NCBI GenBank assembly: GCA_046539845.1
Contig: JBKHGE010000008.1
Location: 50,459 to 70,458 of the forward strand
Source of the DNA: Desulfonatronovibrionaceae bacterium
GTDB taxonomy: Bacteria > Desulfobacterota > Desulfovibrionia > Desulfovibrionales > Desulfonatronovibrionaceae
Direction: 5' to 3'
Length of the DNA: 20,000 bases
Of this stretch, positions 10,173 to 18,249 are shown piece after piece. Position 1 is the stretch's first letter. The number at the start of each line of letters is the position of its first letter. Below the pieces are notes generated by a model. The model did not search any database. It saw nothing but the letters and a program-made list of their open reading frames with translations, and had not been told where the DNA came from. A program made the position numbers and the translations under genes.

Positions 10173-10611
10173 TAACCGCCTCGTTCACGGCCAGGTCATT
10201 GAGACCTGGCTCCCGTACACCCGCTCCGGTCATTTGTTCGTGGCCAACGACGAGCTGGCTGCAGATCCTGTACGCCAGGAGATAATGGCCCTGGCCATAC
10301 CCGTGGGCATCACTGTGCACTATTCCGGGATTAGGGAGCTGCCGCGATGGATAAGCTCGGATGTGCGCGAGGATTCTTTTATCCTGTTTGCCAACTGCCC
10401 GGATGCCAGGGTCGCGTTCGAGTCCGGGTTGGACTTCAGTGTTCTCAATGTCGGTAATTTGCACTATGCCCCGGGCAAAAAACAGATCTGCGCCCATATA
10501 GCGGTAGGGCCAGAGGATATCTCCTGCCTGAAGTCTTTTGCGAGCAAAGGGGTGTCATTGGATTTCAGGTGTGTACCGCATAAATCAGTGCAGGTGGGCA
10601 AATGGCATTGA
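10153..10611 (+). CDS. PTS mannose/sorbose-class EIIB component
   Basis: RIDNRLVHGQV phospho-His motif and LNVGNLH. Confidence 0.92.
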   Translation: MMWVRIDNRLVHGQVIETWLPYTRSGHLFVANDELAADPVRQEIMALAIPVGITVHYSGIRELPRWISSDVREDSFILFANCPDARVAFESGLDFSVLNVGNLHYAPGKKQICAHIAVGPEDISCLKSFASKGVSLDFRCVPHKSVQVGKWH

Positions 10612-11312
10612 CTTTGTGGGCATCCGAATGGACTATTTTGCTTTTGGCCGCGCTCTTTGCCTTCTTTTCTCTGTTTCGGTATTCGGTCAATCTGGGGTTT
10701 GTGGAGCGTCCCCTGGTGCAGGGGGTCATTTGGGGCCTTATTTTCGGCCGGCCGGATTTGGGTCTGAATATTGGCATTTTTTTCGAACTCTTGTGGCTGG
10801 ATCTGTTCCCGGCCGGCACATTCATCCCCCCCCAATCGGTTTTCGCTGTGTTCGCTTCCGTGTCCTTGGGCCGGCTTACGGGTGTGTCCGCCCCGGAGCA
10901 GGTGTTTGCACTCATTTTGGCCTGTATCCCTCTGGCCTTTGCCGCCAGCTGGCTGGAGAACAAGCAGAGGGAGTGGCAGAACAAGAACTATAATCTGATT
11001 CTGCGCTGGGCCTCGCGTAAGCAACACCATGCCGGGCCGGAAAAAATGGTCCTTTTTTCCCTAGGGCAGCAGGTACTCGTAAACACCCTGTTCGCGGCCG
11101 CCTCCCTGTTTGTCCTTTTGTTCGCCGCTAGCTGGCTTTTGCCCTATGTGCCGAACATAGAGATCATTACCTGGCCCGTACTCTGGCTTGCGGCCGCAGT
11201 AGGCGGGATCATGTCCCTCAGGCTGCGCCGGGCGTATACCCTTTTTTTCTGTGGCTTGGCCGGGGCCGGAGGGATCATGCTTGCCGGCTGGCTGGATCTG
11301 CTCTCTGTTTGA
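10602..11312 (+). CDS. PTS mannose-class EIIC-like membrane protein (divergent)
   Basis: Multi-TM protein with ERPLVQGVIWG and IGIFFELLWLDLFPAGTFIPP, resembling EIIC(Man) RPlv..G and ELxxlg..P.G...PP. Confidence 0.75.
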   Translation: MALTLWASEWTILLLAALFAFFSLFRYSVNLGFVERPLVQGVIWGLIFGRPDLGLNIGIFFELLWLDLFPAGTFIPPQSVFAVFASVSLGRLTGVSAPEQVFALILACIPLAFAASWLENKQREWQNKNYNLILRWASRKQHHAGPEKMVLFSLGQQVLVNTLFAAASLFVLLFAASWLLPYVPNIEIITWPVLWLAAAVGGIMSLRLRRAYTLFFCGLAGAGGIMLAGWLDLLSV

Positions 11313-11346
11313 TAGCAACCCACAGGCCTGATAAGTCCCTAAAATT

Positions 11347-11387
11347 TGCACCTCCCCCGGCACTCAGGCAGTGCCGGGGGAGGTGCA
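11347..11387. terminator. 18-bp perfect hairpin between convergent genes (probable terminator or REP-like palindrome)
   Basis: TGCACCTCCCCCGGCACT-CAGGC-AGTGCCGGGGGAGGTGCA; only weak U-tracts. Confidence 0.6.
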
Positions 11388-11415
11388 TTGTCAAAAGTAC
11401 GCTTAGCACTCTCGA

Positions 11416-14328
11416 TCAAAGCACCGGGAACACGTTTTCCAGATCCACACCGTCTTTTTGGGCCTGTTCTATTTTGGCCTGAGAACCAAGTATGGAGATC
11501 ATCTCCCGGTCCATGACTCGATCCAGGGCAGCGGCGAATTCCCGAATGTCCTCCGGGGTACAGCCCAGGACCTGGTCCCGGATTTTTTGTCTTTGGGCGT
11601 TGTCGATTCCAGCCAGGTAACGGGTCAGGGCGGTAAAGCCCTTGGCGTCTGGGAGTTGATAGGCATCCAGAGCGCCAATGGTCCCAATGACCGCCTTTTC
11701 CAGCTCATCTCCGGACAAATCCGCATGCTTGAGTTCTTTGGCGCTGGAATCAAAAGCAGCCAGGGTTTCGGTCACATTCGGGTCCCGGTAGGAGAGAAAG
11801 CTCATCAGTCCGGACAAGTGGTCGAAATTGCAAAACGCTCCGTACGCCCCGCCCATAACCCGAATCTTTTCCCACAGGTAGCCGGTTCGCAAGTATTTGG
11901 AGGCCACCAGGGCAGCGGCATGGAAGTCGTATCCGCCCTCGTAGAGATCCACCGCCTTGCCCACGTAATTGACCTGGGCGGGCAGGGTGATACCCTCATG
12001 GCCCGGGAGGCAGCCCGGTCTCCAGGCCGCGGGTGATATATCCCTGTCCTCAAATCCGGAGACAAATCCTTTCAATCTCTCCACTGTCTCCTCCAGGTCC
12101 TTTTCCTCTGCGGTCACGTTAAAGATAAAGGCGTTTTTGTGCACCAGGATGTGATGGATGTCCCGGAGGCAGTGCAGGACCTCGTCCCAATTGGATTCAA
12201 TCCTGGTCAACAGGTGGCGCAGGAATATGAGATGGCTTATGCCGCTCATATGTTCCTGGACCCATCCGGCTTCGGTGAATCTTGCCTTGAGCCGCATGGC
12301 CACCACCTGGTGTCCGGCCGGGATGAGCATTTGTTCCAGGCCGGCCTTTTCCTCCAGGACGATCTGTCGGAACCGCTCTCGGTTGTCCAGTCGGGGCGAG
12401 GTCAATACATCGGTCAGGATGTCCAAGAGTTTGCCGGTCTGGCCGCCCAAAGCCTTGCCGCGTAAGAAGAGCCAGGAGGAGCTGTCTTTTTGCCCCTGTA
12501 CCTGATGGGAGAACGGCATCGGGGAAAGGCCGCCGCATTCGCGCCGGATACGGGTGGTCAAGCGGACAAAATCCTCGCGATCGGTTCCGGTCTCCAAAAG
12601 GGCCCGGGCAAACAAGGGGATAAACGGGATGTATTTTTGGGGCAGCAGATGGGTATTCAGGCCCAGATCCAGGTAAACTATTCCCGATGTGGGCAGCTCG
12701 TGACCGAGGACCTTTACTCCTGCGGCCTCTTTGATCGCCGTAGGGATTTTCTTTATTTCTCTGTCCAGATCCTCGCGGTTCAGACGGGGGATTTTGGCCA
12801 GGTCCTCCGGCTTGTCCGGTGCGGACTGCATCTCCTGTAGATCCCGGGTCCGGGTGAGCACCCGGCCCAGTTCGGAATCGTTCATTTCTTCTTTTATCCG
12901 GCTCAAACGTTCCTGCTCCTTTCGGAGCATCCTTTCCTCCAATTCGGTATCCGGATGCAGTTCAAGTGTGGTCCGGTGCCCATTGTCCAAGAAGTATTCC
13001 CGAATCAAACCCTCAAAAAGGTCTTCCCGGTTCTTAATTCTGAGCTTTATTTCTTCCAGCTGAGGCTCGAAGTGTAGGATCTCGAACGGGGAGCCGTTAT
13101 AGAGCCAGGTGGTCAGGCTGCGCAGCATGACCGCCAGACCACGGGGGAAGGAGCCGGTATTGTTCTCCCGCAGGCTGAATTCCACTGTGTTCAGGGCGGC
13201 CTCGACTATCTCCGGGTCCAGGCCGGAGTCCGCCAGTTCCTGAAGCGTGGACATGACCACCTCTTCCACCTGGGGTGCATCCTCAGCTGCCAGACCTCTC
13301 AGGCCCACGGAGTAAAACATTTGTTTTAGCTCGGTTTCCAGGCCGAATCCGGCCAGGTCCTCGCCCAGGCCGGAGTCTATAAGCCTTTTGCGCAGCGGCG
13401 AGGCGGGCATCCCGATCAGGATATAGTTCAAAACGCGTAGGCAAAGATTGGTAAATATGTCCTCAGTATCCGGCAACAGCCAGTTCACCGTGGCCATGGT
13501 CCCTTTTTTGGCCTGTTCAGGGCTGGCGCTGTAATATTTTTTCACCCTGGTCTTTAGCTCCCGGGCCGGCTGGGGGCGGATGGTGGAGTCCACCTCCAGG
13601 GGATCGAAGCGGTCCAGATATTGGCAAAGCTTTTTCAGACGTTCTTCCTCCGGGTCGTCACCGTAGATGAAGATCCAGGCATTGCTGGGATGGTAGAAGC
13701 GGCGGTGGAAGTCCAGGAAATCTTCATAGGTCAGCTCCGGGATTTTTTCCGGATCCCCGCCCGAATCCAGGCCGTAGGTGCTGTCCGGGAAAAGGGACTG
13801 CTGGGTGTATTCCCCGAGCAGGCTGTCCGGAGAGGAGTAGGCCCCCTTCATCTCGTTGTACACCACCCCCTTGTACTTGAGGGGGGCGTTTTTGTCCTCC
13901 AGCTCAAGGTGCCAGCCCTCCTGAGCGAATATCTCCGGGGTGATGCGCGGATAGAACACCGCGTCCAGATACACGTCCATGAGATTGTAAAAATCCTGCA
14001 GGTTCTGACTGGCCACCGGATAGCAGGTCTTGTCCGGGAAGGTCATGGCGTTTAAAAAAGTGTGCAAAGAGCCCTTTAAGAGTTCCACAAATGGCTCCTT
14101 GGAGGGGTATTTGCGGGAGCCGCACAGGACCGAGTGTTCCAGAATGTGGGCTACTCCGGTATTGTCCCGGGGCGGGGTACGGAAGGCGATTCCGAAGACT
14201 TTATTCTCGTCGCTGTTTTGAACGGACAATATCCTGGCCCCGGTCTTTTCGTGTTCTATAAGCCGGGCGTTGGAGCTGATCTCCGATATCCACTGCTCCT
14301 GGATGAGCCTGAATCCTTGTGTGTCCAT
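11416..14328 (-). CDS. Insulinase-family M16C zinc metallopeptidase (PreP/Cym1-like)
   Basis: HILEHSVLCGS (HXXEH), FLNAMTFPDKTCYP, GVVYNEMKG and LWEKIRVMGGAYG...SYRDP. Start placed at ATG 14328 (AAGGAG 6 nt upstream; 14331 is the alternative); about 970 aa. Confidence 0.93.
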   Translation of the reverse strand: MDTQGFRLIQEQWISEISSNARLIEHEKTGARILSVQNSDENKVFGIAFRTPPRDNTGVAHILEHSVLCGSRKYPSKEPFVELLKGSLHTFLNAMTFPDKTCYPVASQNLQDFYNLMDVYLDAVFYPRITPEIFAQEGWHLELEDKNAPLKYKGVVYNEMKGAYSSPDSLLGEYTQQSLFPDSTYGLDSGGDPEKIPELTYEDFLDFHRRFYHPSNAWIFIYGDDPEEERLKKLCQYLDRFDPLEVDSTIRPQPARELKTRVKKYYSASPEQAKKGTMATVNWLLPDTEDIFTNLCLRVLNYILIGMPASPLRKRLIDSGLGEDLAGFGLETELKQMFYSVGLRGLAAEDAPQVEEVVMSTLQELADSGLDPEIVEAALNTVEFSLRENNTGSFPRGLAVMLRSLTTWLYNGSPFEILHFEPQLEEIKLRIKNREDLFEGLIREYFLDNGHRTTLELHPDTELEERMLRKEQERLSRIKEEMNDSELGRVLTRTRDLQEMQSAPDKPEDLAKIPRLNREDLDREIKKIPTAIKEAAGVKVLGHELPTSGIVYLDLGLNTHLLPQKYIPFIPLFARALLETGTDREDFVRLTTRIRRECGGLSPMPFSHQVQGQKDSSSWLFLRGKALGGQTGKLLDILTDVLTSPRLDNRERFRQIVLEEKAGLEQMLIPAGHQVVAMRLKARFTEAGWVQEHMSGISHLIFLRHLLTRIESNWDEVLHCLRDIHHILVHKNAFIFNVTAEEKDLEETVERLKGFVSGFEDRDISPAAWRPGCLPGHEGITLPAQVNYVGKAVDLYEGGYDFHAAALVASKYLRTGYLWEKIRVMGGAYGAFCNFDHLSGLMSFLSYRDPNVTETLAAFDSSAKELKHADLSGDELEKAVIGTIGALDAYQLPDAKGFTALTRYLAGIDNAQRQKIRDQVLGCTPEDIREFAAALDRVMDREMISILGSQAKIEQAQKDGVDLENVFPVL

Positions 14329-14515
14329 CATGTTCTCCTTGATTTCAGAAGATTGTTTTTTCCGGCCGCTTTTGGTGTCGGTGAGCCGGAAGTTGCGGAT
14401 TTGACCAGAATTGTTCTTCGTTGGCAAGGGAACAGCCCGGTTTTATTGCCGCTAATCTGTTGAAATTACCGCGGGAATAGCGTATTGATTCTGGCGGCGG
14501 AAAAATGCAAGGAGA

Positions 14516-15703
14516 ATGCCTATGCGCTTTTTAAAGGATATTGATGTCCAAGGTAAGCGTTTGCTGGTCCGGGTGGACTATAACGTTCCTGTCCGGGAGG
14601 GTGTGATAACGGACGACAGCCGGATAAAGGCCGGACTGCCCACCCTGAATTATGCCCTGGAAAACGGGGCCTCGATTATCCTGTGCTCGCACATGGGTAA
14701 GCCTGGCGGGAGACGGGACAAAACCCTCTCCCTGGCTCCGGTGGCCTCACGAGTCTCCGAGCTCCTCGGCCGGGAGGTGAAGATGGCCCCGGACTGCATC
14801 GGCCCCGAGGTGCGAGAAATGGCCGGGGATCTAGAACCCGGGGAGGTGATGCTTTTGGAGAATTTGCGCTTTCATCCCGGGGAAAAAGAGAACGACCCCC
14901 AATTTTCCCGGGAACTGGCCGAATTGGCGGATGTCTATGTAAACGATGCCTTTGGCGTGGCCCACCGGGCGCATGCCTCTGTGGTCGGGACGGCGGAGAT
15001 GAGCAAAATAGCCTGCGCTGGAATTCTTCTGCAAAAGGAGTGGGAATACCTGAACAAGGCCATGGAAAATCCGGAGCGTCCTTTCGTGGCCGTGTCCGGT
15101 GGGGCCAAGGTCTCCTCCAAACTGGGCATACTCAAAAATCTTTTGGGCCGGGTGGACTGTTTGATAGTTGGCGGGGCAATGGCCAATACCTTTTTAACTT
15201 CTCTTGGCTATGATATGGGCGGTTCCCTGGTGGAAACCGATCTCTTGGAGGAGGCCCGGTCCATACTCAAAAAGGCCCGGGAAAAAGATGTGGAGTTTTA
15301 TCTACCGGTGGACTTTATCTGCGGCAGGTCCCCGGGAGATGAGCTGGGTTCCGGGGTCCGTCCCTACCAAAATATTCCGGCCGAAGAGATGGCCCTGGAC
15401 ATTGGCCCGGCCTCGTATACCCTTTTTTCCGAGGTGGTTAGCCGAGCCGGAACCATTGTCTGGAACGGCCCCATGGGCGCGTTCGAGAATCCGCAATTCG
15501 CTCAGGGTTCGCTGAACATGGCCCGGAGTATCGCCTTTGCCGGCGCCTTGACCATTGTCGGCGGCGGGGATACCAATGCCCTGGTGTATGATACTGATTA
15601 TGCGGAGCGGTTCAGTTTCATCTCCACCGGAGGCGGGTCATTTCTGGAATTTTTGGAGGGCAGGGAGTTACCTGCATTCAAGGCCTTGAAGGGGGGCGGA
15701 TAA
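14516..15703 (+). CDS. pgk: Phosphoglycerate kinase
   Basis: RVDYNVP, LLENLRF, NDAFGVAHRAHAS, GGAKVSSK, WNGPMG and STGGGSFLEFLEG. Confidence 0.98.
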   Translation: MPMRFLKDIDVQGKRLLVRVDYNVPVREGVITDDSRIKAGLPTLNYALENGASIILCSHMGKPGGRRDKTLSLAPVASRVSELLGREVKMAPDCIGPEVREMAGDLEPGEVMLLENLRFHPGEKENDPQFSRELAELADVYVNDAFGVAHRAHASVVGTAEMSKIACAGILLQKEWEYLNKAMENPERPFVAVSGGAKVSSKLGILKNLLGRVDCLIVGGAMANTFLTSLGYDMGGSLVETDLLEEARSILKKAREKDVEFYLPVDFICGRSPGDELGSGVRPYQNIPAEEMALDIGPASYTLFSEVVSRAGTIVWNGPMGAFENPQFAQGSLNMARSIAFAGALTIVGGGDTNALVYDTDYAERFSFISTGGGSFLEFLEGRELPAFKALKGGG

Positions 15704-16452
15704 TGAAAAGACTGATGGCTGCCAACTGGAAGATGTTCAAGACCCTGGAGGACGCGGTGAACACCGCCCGGGAGATAGTTACCGGAACGGGCAGGCTGCC
15801 CGAGGATCGCGAGGTTTTGGTCTTCCCTCCCTTTACCGCGCTCAAGTCCGTGGGCGAGGTTATGGCCGGTGCGGACAATTATTTTTTGGGGGGTCAGAAT
15901 TTTTACCCCTCGGAGCAGGGGGCATACACCGGTGAGATCTGTCCGGAGCAGCTCTTGGACGCCGGGGCCGGTTATGCCCTGGTCGGCCATTCTGAGCGTA
16001 GACATGTCCAGGGTGAGGAAAACGGATTTATTAATTCCAAGGTCCGCTTCGGTCTGAATGCCGGGCTGCGGATTATTCTGTGCATCGGCGAGACCTTGGA
16101 GGAGCGCAGGGCGAACCGGGTGGACGAGGTGCTACGCTCTCAGCTGGAAAAAGGACTGTCCGGGGTGGACCGGGATCTGCCAGCGGACAGTCTGGCGGTG
16201 GCCTATGAGCCGGTCTGGGCCATTGGAACCGGGGAAGTGGCCGAACCCGGGGACATAACCGAGGCCCACGGCCTGGTCCGGGACAGCATGCGCGATCTCT
16301 TGGCCAATGCGGATGAGATGCGCATTTTATACGGGGGCAGCGTGAAGCCGGAAAACTGTGCCCAGATTATTTCCCTTGACAATGTAAACGGAGTGTTGGT
16401 AGGTGGCGCAAGCTTAAGGGGTGATAGTTTTACCCGGATCGCCCTGGCTTAA
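15703..16452 (+). CDS. tpiA: Triosephosphate isomerase
   Basis: ANWKM, GHSERR, AYEPVWAIGTG, YGGSV and LVGGASL. Confidence 0.98.
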   Translation: MKRLMAANWKMFKTLEDAVNTAREIVTGTGRLPEDREVLVFPPFTALKSVGEVMAGADNYFLGGQNFYPSEQGAYTGEICPEQLLDAGAGYALVGHSERRHVQGEENGFINSKVRFGLNAGLRIILCIGETLEERRANRVDEVLRSQLEKGLSGVDRDLPADSLAVAYEPVWAIGTGEVAEPGDITEAHGLVRDSMRDLLANADEMRILYGGSVKPENCAQIISLDNVNGVLVGGASLRGDSFTRIALA

Positions 16453-16468
16453 GCACGGAGGATAAATT

Positions 16469-16816
16469 TTGCAGACATTAGTAATCACCATCCATATCAT
16501 AGCCTGCATATCCCTTGTGGTTCTGGTTCTGCTCCAGTCCGGCAAGGAGGGGATGGGCGTGATTTTTGGCGGCGGAGGACAGAGCCTTTTCGGCGGCAGT
16601 GGGGCCGGGGGCCTGTTGACCAAGCTTACAGCGGGAGTTGCCGCGGTATTCTTGTGCACCTCCCTGACCTTTACCTATATCAGCACCAAAAAGAGCACCT
16701 CGGAGCAGGAGTCGATCGTGCTGGATGCGCCTGCTTCCCCGGGCGGGGAAAAAGCCTCACCTGAAGAGACTCCCGGCGCTTCCCAGCAGCAGAATCAGGA
16801 GCAGTCCGGGCAGTAA
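16469..16816 (+). CDS. secG: Preprotein translocase subunit SecG
   Basis: TM-LLQSGKEGMGVIFGGG...LTKLT-TM; TTG start after GGAGGA; tpiA-secG-tRNA-Leu synteny. Confidence 0.95.
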   Translation: MQTLVITIHIIACISLVVLVLLQSGKEGMGVIFGGGGQSLFGGSGAGGLLTKLTAGVAAVFLCTSLTFTYISTKKSTSEQESIVLDAPASPGGEKASPEETPGASQQQNQEQSGQ

Positions 16817-16850
16817 ACAATCCAAGCTTTGCCCGATGCGGGCTCAAAAT

Positions 16851-16936
16851 GCCGAAGTGGTGGAACTGGTAGACACGCAGTGTTGAGGGCGCTGTGGGCG
16901 ACGCCCGTGAGGGTTCGAGTCCCTCCTTCGGCACCA
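16851..16936 (+). tRNA. tRNA-Leu (anticodon GAG)
   Basis: Acceptor stem GCCGAAG/CTTCGGC plus ACCA; D-loop TGGTAGAC; anticodon arm CAGTG-TTGAGGG-CGCTG; long variable arm GGGCGACGCCC; T-loop GGTTCGAGTCC. Confidence 0.97.
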
Positions 16937-16949
16937 CTGAATATAATTA

Positions 16950-16991
16950 CCCTGGAACTGGAATGCAGTTCCAGGGCTTTTTTATTTTTTT
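16950..16991 (+). terminator. Intrinsic terminator after tRNA-Leu
   Basis: CCCTGGAACTG-GAATG-CAGTTCCAGGG followed by CTTTTTTATTTTTTT. Confidence 0.88.
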
Positions 16992-17011
16992 AACCCAGAG
17001 GAACAACAGAA

Positions 17012-17215
17012 ATGGATGAGTTGGAAAGGCTAATGGATCTTTTGGCCAGGGAACACCTGCGGGCGGTTGAGGATATGTCCGGATGTGATTCCCTTGAGGA
17101 AAGAAAGCTGCACTCGGAGGTGGTTTTGAATCTTTCCAAGTCACTTTCCAATATTTTGCAAAGCGCCTATAATATTGCCAGTGATTTTGGGGACGAGCTC
17201 CCTTTTGAGGATTAG
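17012..17215 (+). CDS. Small acidic helical hypothetical protein (67 aa)
   Basis: ATG start with GAGGA RBS; amphipathic helical sequence with acidic tail (DFGDELPFED); fills the gap between terminator and cupin. Confidence 0.65.
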   Translation: MDELERLMDLLAREHLRAVEDMSGCDSLEERKLHSEVVLNLSKSLSNILQSAYNIASDFGDELPFED

Positions 17216-17283
17216 CTCCCGCGCTCCGGGCTTTTCTTCTGGCGGAAGTTCGGGTTATTTGAGGCTTGTAACTCTGGACTGTT

Positions 17284-17601
17284 CTAGTAATGCACCGCCA
17301 GCCAGATAGTATCTTGCTGCGTATCTGTCCATTCCACGCGGTGTTTTTTCCGGGCGGGGATATTCAAATAGTCCCCGGGCTCCAGAACCAAGGCCTCTTT
17401 TTCCCCTTCCAGGCTGAGCCCGGCCTTTCCCTGAAGGACAAGGACAAACTCGCTTTTTTCCTGATCGTACCAGAAATCCGGCGGTGAAGAATGCCCCCGG
17501 GAGATTATGCGTTCAATATTTACGCTGTTTCCCGAGCATATAGTCTCCAGCATTTCTTCCGGCAGGTCGTGCGGTATGTCCGCAAACAGTGATTTTTTCA
17601 T
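17284..17601 (-). CDS. Cupin domain-containing protein
   Basis: IERIISRGHSSP..FWYDQ...EFVLVLQG.A and LEPGDYLNIPA..KHRVEWT cupin motifs; GGAGGA RBS. Confidence 0.88.
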   Translation of the reverse strand: MKKSLFADIPHDLPEEMLETICSGNSVNIERIISRGHSSPPDFWYDQEKSEFVLVLQGKAGLSLEGEKEALVLEPGDYLNIPARKKHRVEWTDTQQDTIWLAVHY

Positions 17602-17618
17602 CCAATCCTCCGAGCAAA

Positions 17619-17765
17619 GGGGTCAAGCCTGCTTTTGACTCTTTAAAGCTTATGCGCTGAGTAAAAAATAATATGCCTAGACCATTACGCATAGGATATC
17701 CCGAGCGTGGTATCATGTGCTGAAGCGGTTGCCCATCAAAAAGAGCCAAAAGCAGATTTGACCCC
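17619..17765. mobile_element. 147-bp miniature element with 26-bp terminal inverted repeats (collapsed Y1/RAYT-like transposase element)
   Basis: Left end 17619-17644 GGGGTCAAGCCTGCTTTTGACTCTTT versus reverse complement of right end 17740-17765 GGGGTCAAATCTGCTTTTGGCTCTTT: 23/26 identical. Encloses a transposase remnant. Confidence 0.75.
17673..17761 (+). pseudogene. Frameshifted, internally deleted HUH Y1 (RAYT-like) transposase remnant
   Basis: ATG 17673 gives MPRPLRIGYP; after a 1-nt loss at 17703-17704 the frame reads AWYHVLKRLPIKKSQKQI-TGA (17759-17761). Matches the recalled family N-terminus M.RPLRIEYPGAWYHVMNRG. Confidence 0.72.
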
Positions 17766-17947
17766 CTTTCTGACAGGGGCCATGTGCTACATCCGGTATT
17801 CGTATACTAAACGAGCCAGCTTGACGCAAAGAGGCAGGGCCGTTTTTGAGCAGCCGATGCTGCATGCTGCCATAGATTTCAAGGAAATCCGGGACAGGAT
17901 TTTGTATGATGTGAGAGCGGATCGAACAAAAACTTTTCAGCAAAGGC

Positions 17948-17991
17948 TTGACGGGATGGCCGCATTTCCTTACGTTAAAGTAAGGAAATGC
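17948..17991 (+). promoter_or_regulatory. Sigma70 promoter and overlapping operator palindrome of the TA operon
   Basis: TTGACG (17948-17953), 17 nt, TACGTT (17971-17976); perfect 12-bp inverted repeat GCATTTCCTTAC-N6-GTAAGGAAATGC (17962-17991). Confidence 0.7.
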
Positions 17992-18012
17992 AGATTACAG
18001 CAGGAGATCATG

Positions 18013-18249
18013 ATGCACGCAACCCTGACAAGCAAGGGCCAGATTACCCTGCCGAAAAATTTAAGAGAAAAACTGGGGCTTACGGCCGGAGACCGGGTGG
18101 AGTTTATAATCGAAGATGACCACGGTGTACGGCTGGTGGCCAGGCATACACCGGTCAGCCGGCTCAAGGGCATGCTGCCCAGGCCCCAAAAGCCGGTATC
18201 GCTTGAGGAAATGGACCGGGCCATCCAGGAAGGGAGCCGAAAAGAATGA
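18013..18249 (+). CDS. AbrB/MazE/SpoVT-family antitoxin
   Basis: ATLTSKGQITLPKNLREKLGL.AGDRVEF swapped-hairpin motif; C-terminal LKGML.RP.KPVSLEEMD.AI. AGGAG RBS at 18002-18006 (start 18013 or 18010, not 17707). Confidence 0.92.
   Translation: MHATLTSKGQITLPKNLREKLGLTAGDRVEFIIEDDHGVRLVARHTPVSRLKGMLPRPQKPVSLEEMDRAIQEGSRKE

Noticed and set aside
2090..14055. Many 100-210 aa antisense or alternate-frame ORFs (e.g. 2090-2713, 5187-5771, 9217-9849, 11458-12036)
   Set aside because: They are shadows of well-supported genes in GC-rich DNA, with no recognisable motifs.
14329..14427. N-terminal extensions given by the ORF track for the M16 peptidase (likewise pyrG 1043, kdsA 2641, rapZ 8695, IIA 9702)
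   Set aside because: These are longest-ORF artefacts; RBS positions and family N-termini support the downstream starts.
17880..17943. Minus-strand peptide KSFCSIRSHIIQNPV, resembling the Y1 transposase catalytic IRxYIxxNP motif
   Set aside because: It has His in place of the catalytic Tyr, lacks the upstream WQ..YY.H motif, and lies outside and opposite to the element. Too short to distinguish from chance without a tblastn search.
17707..18009. 100-aa N-terminal extension of the antitoxin in the ORF track (180 aa)
   Set aside because: It runs through the mini-element end, promoter and operator. The AbrB motif and RBS place the real start at 18010 or 18013.
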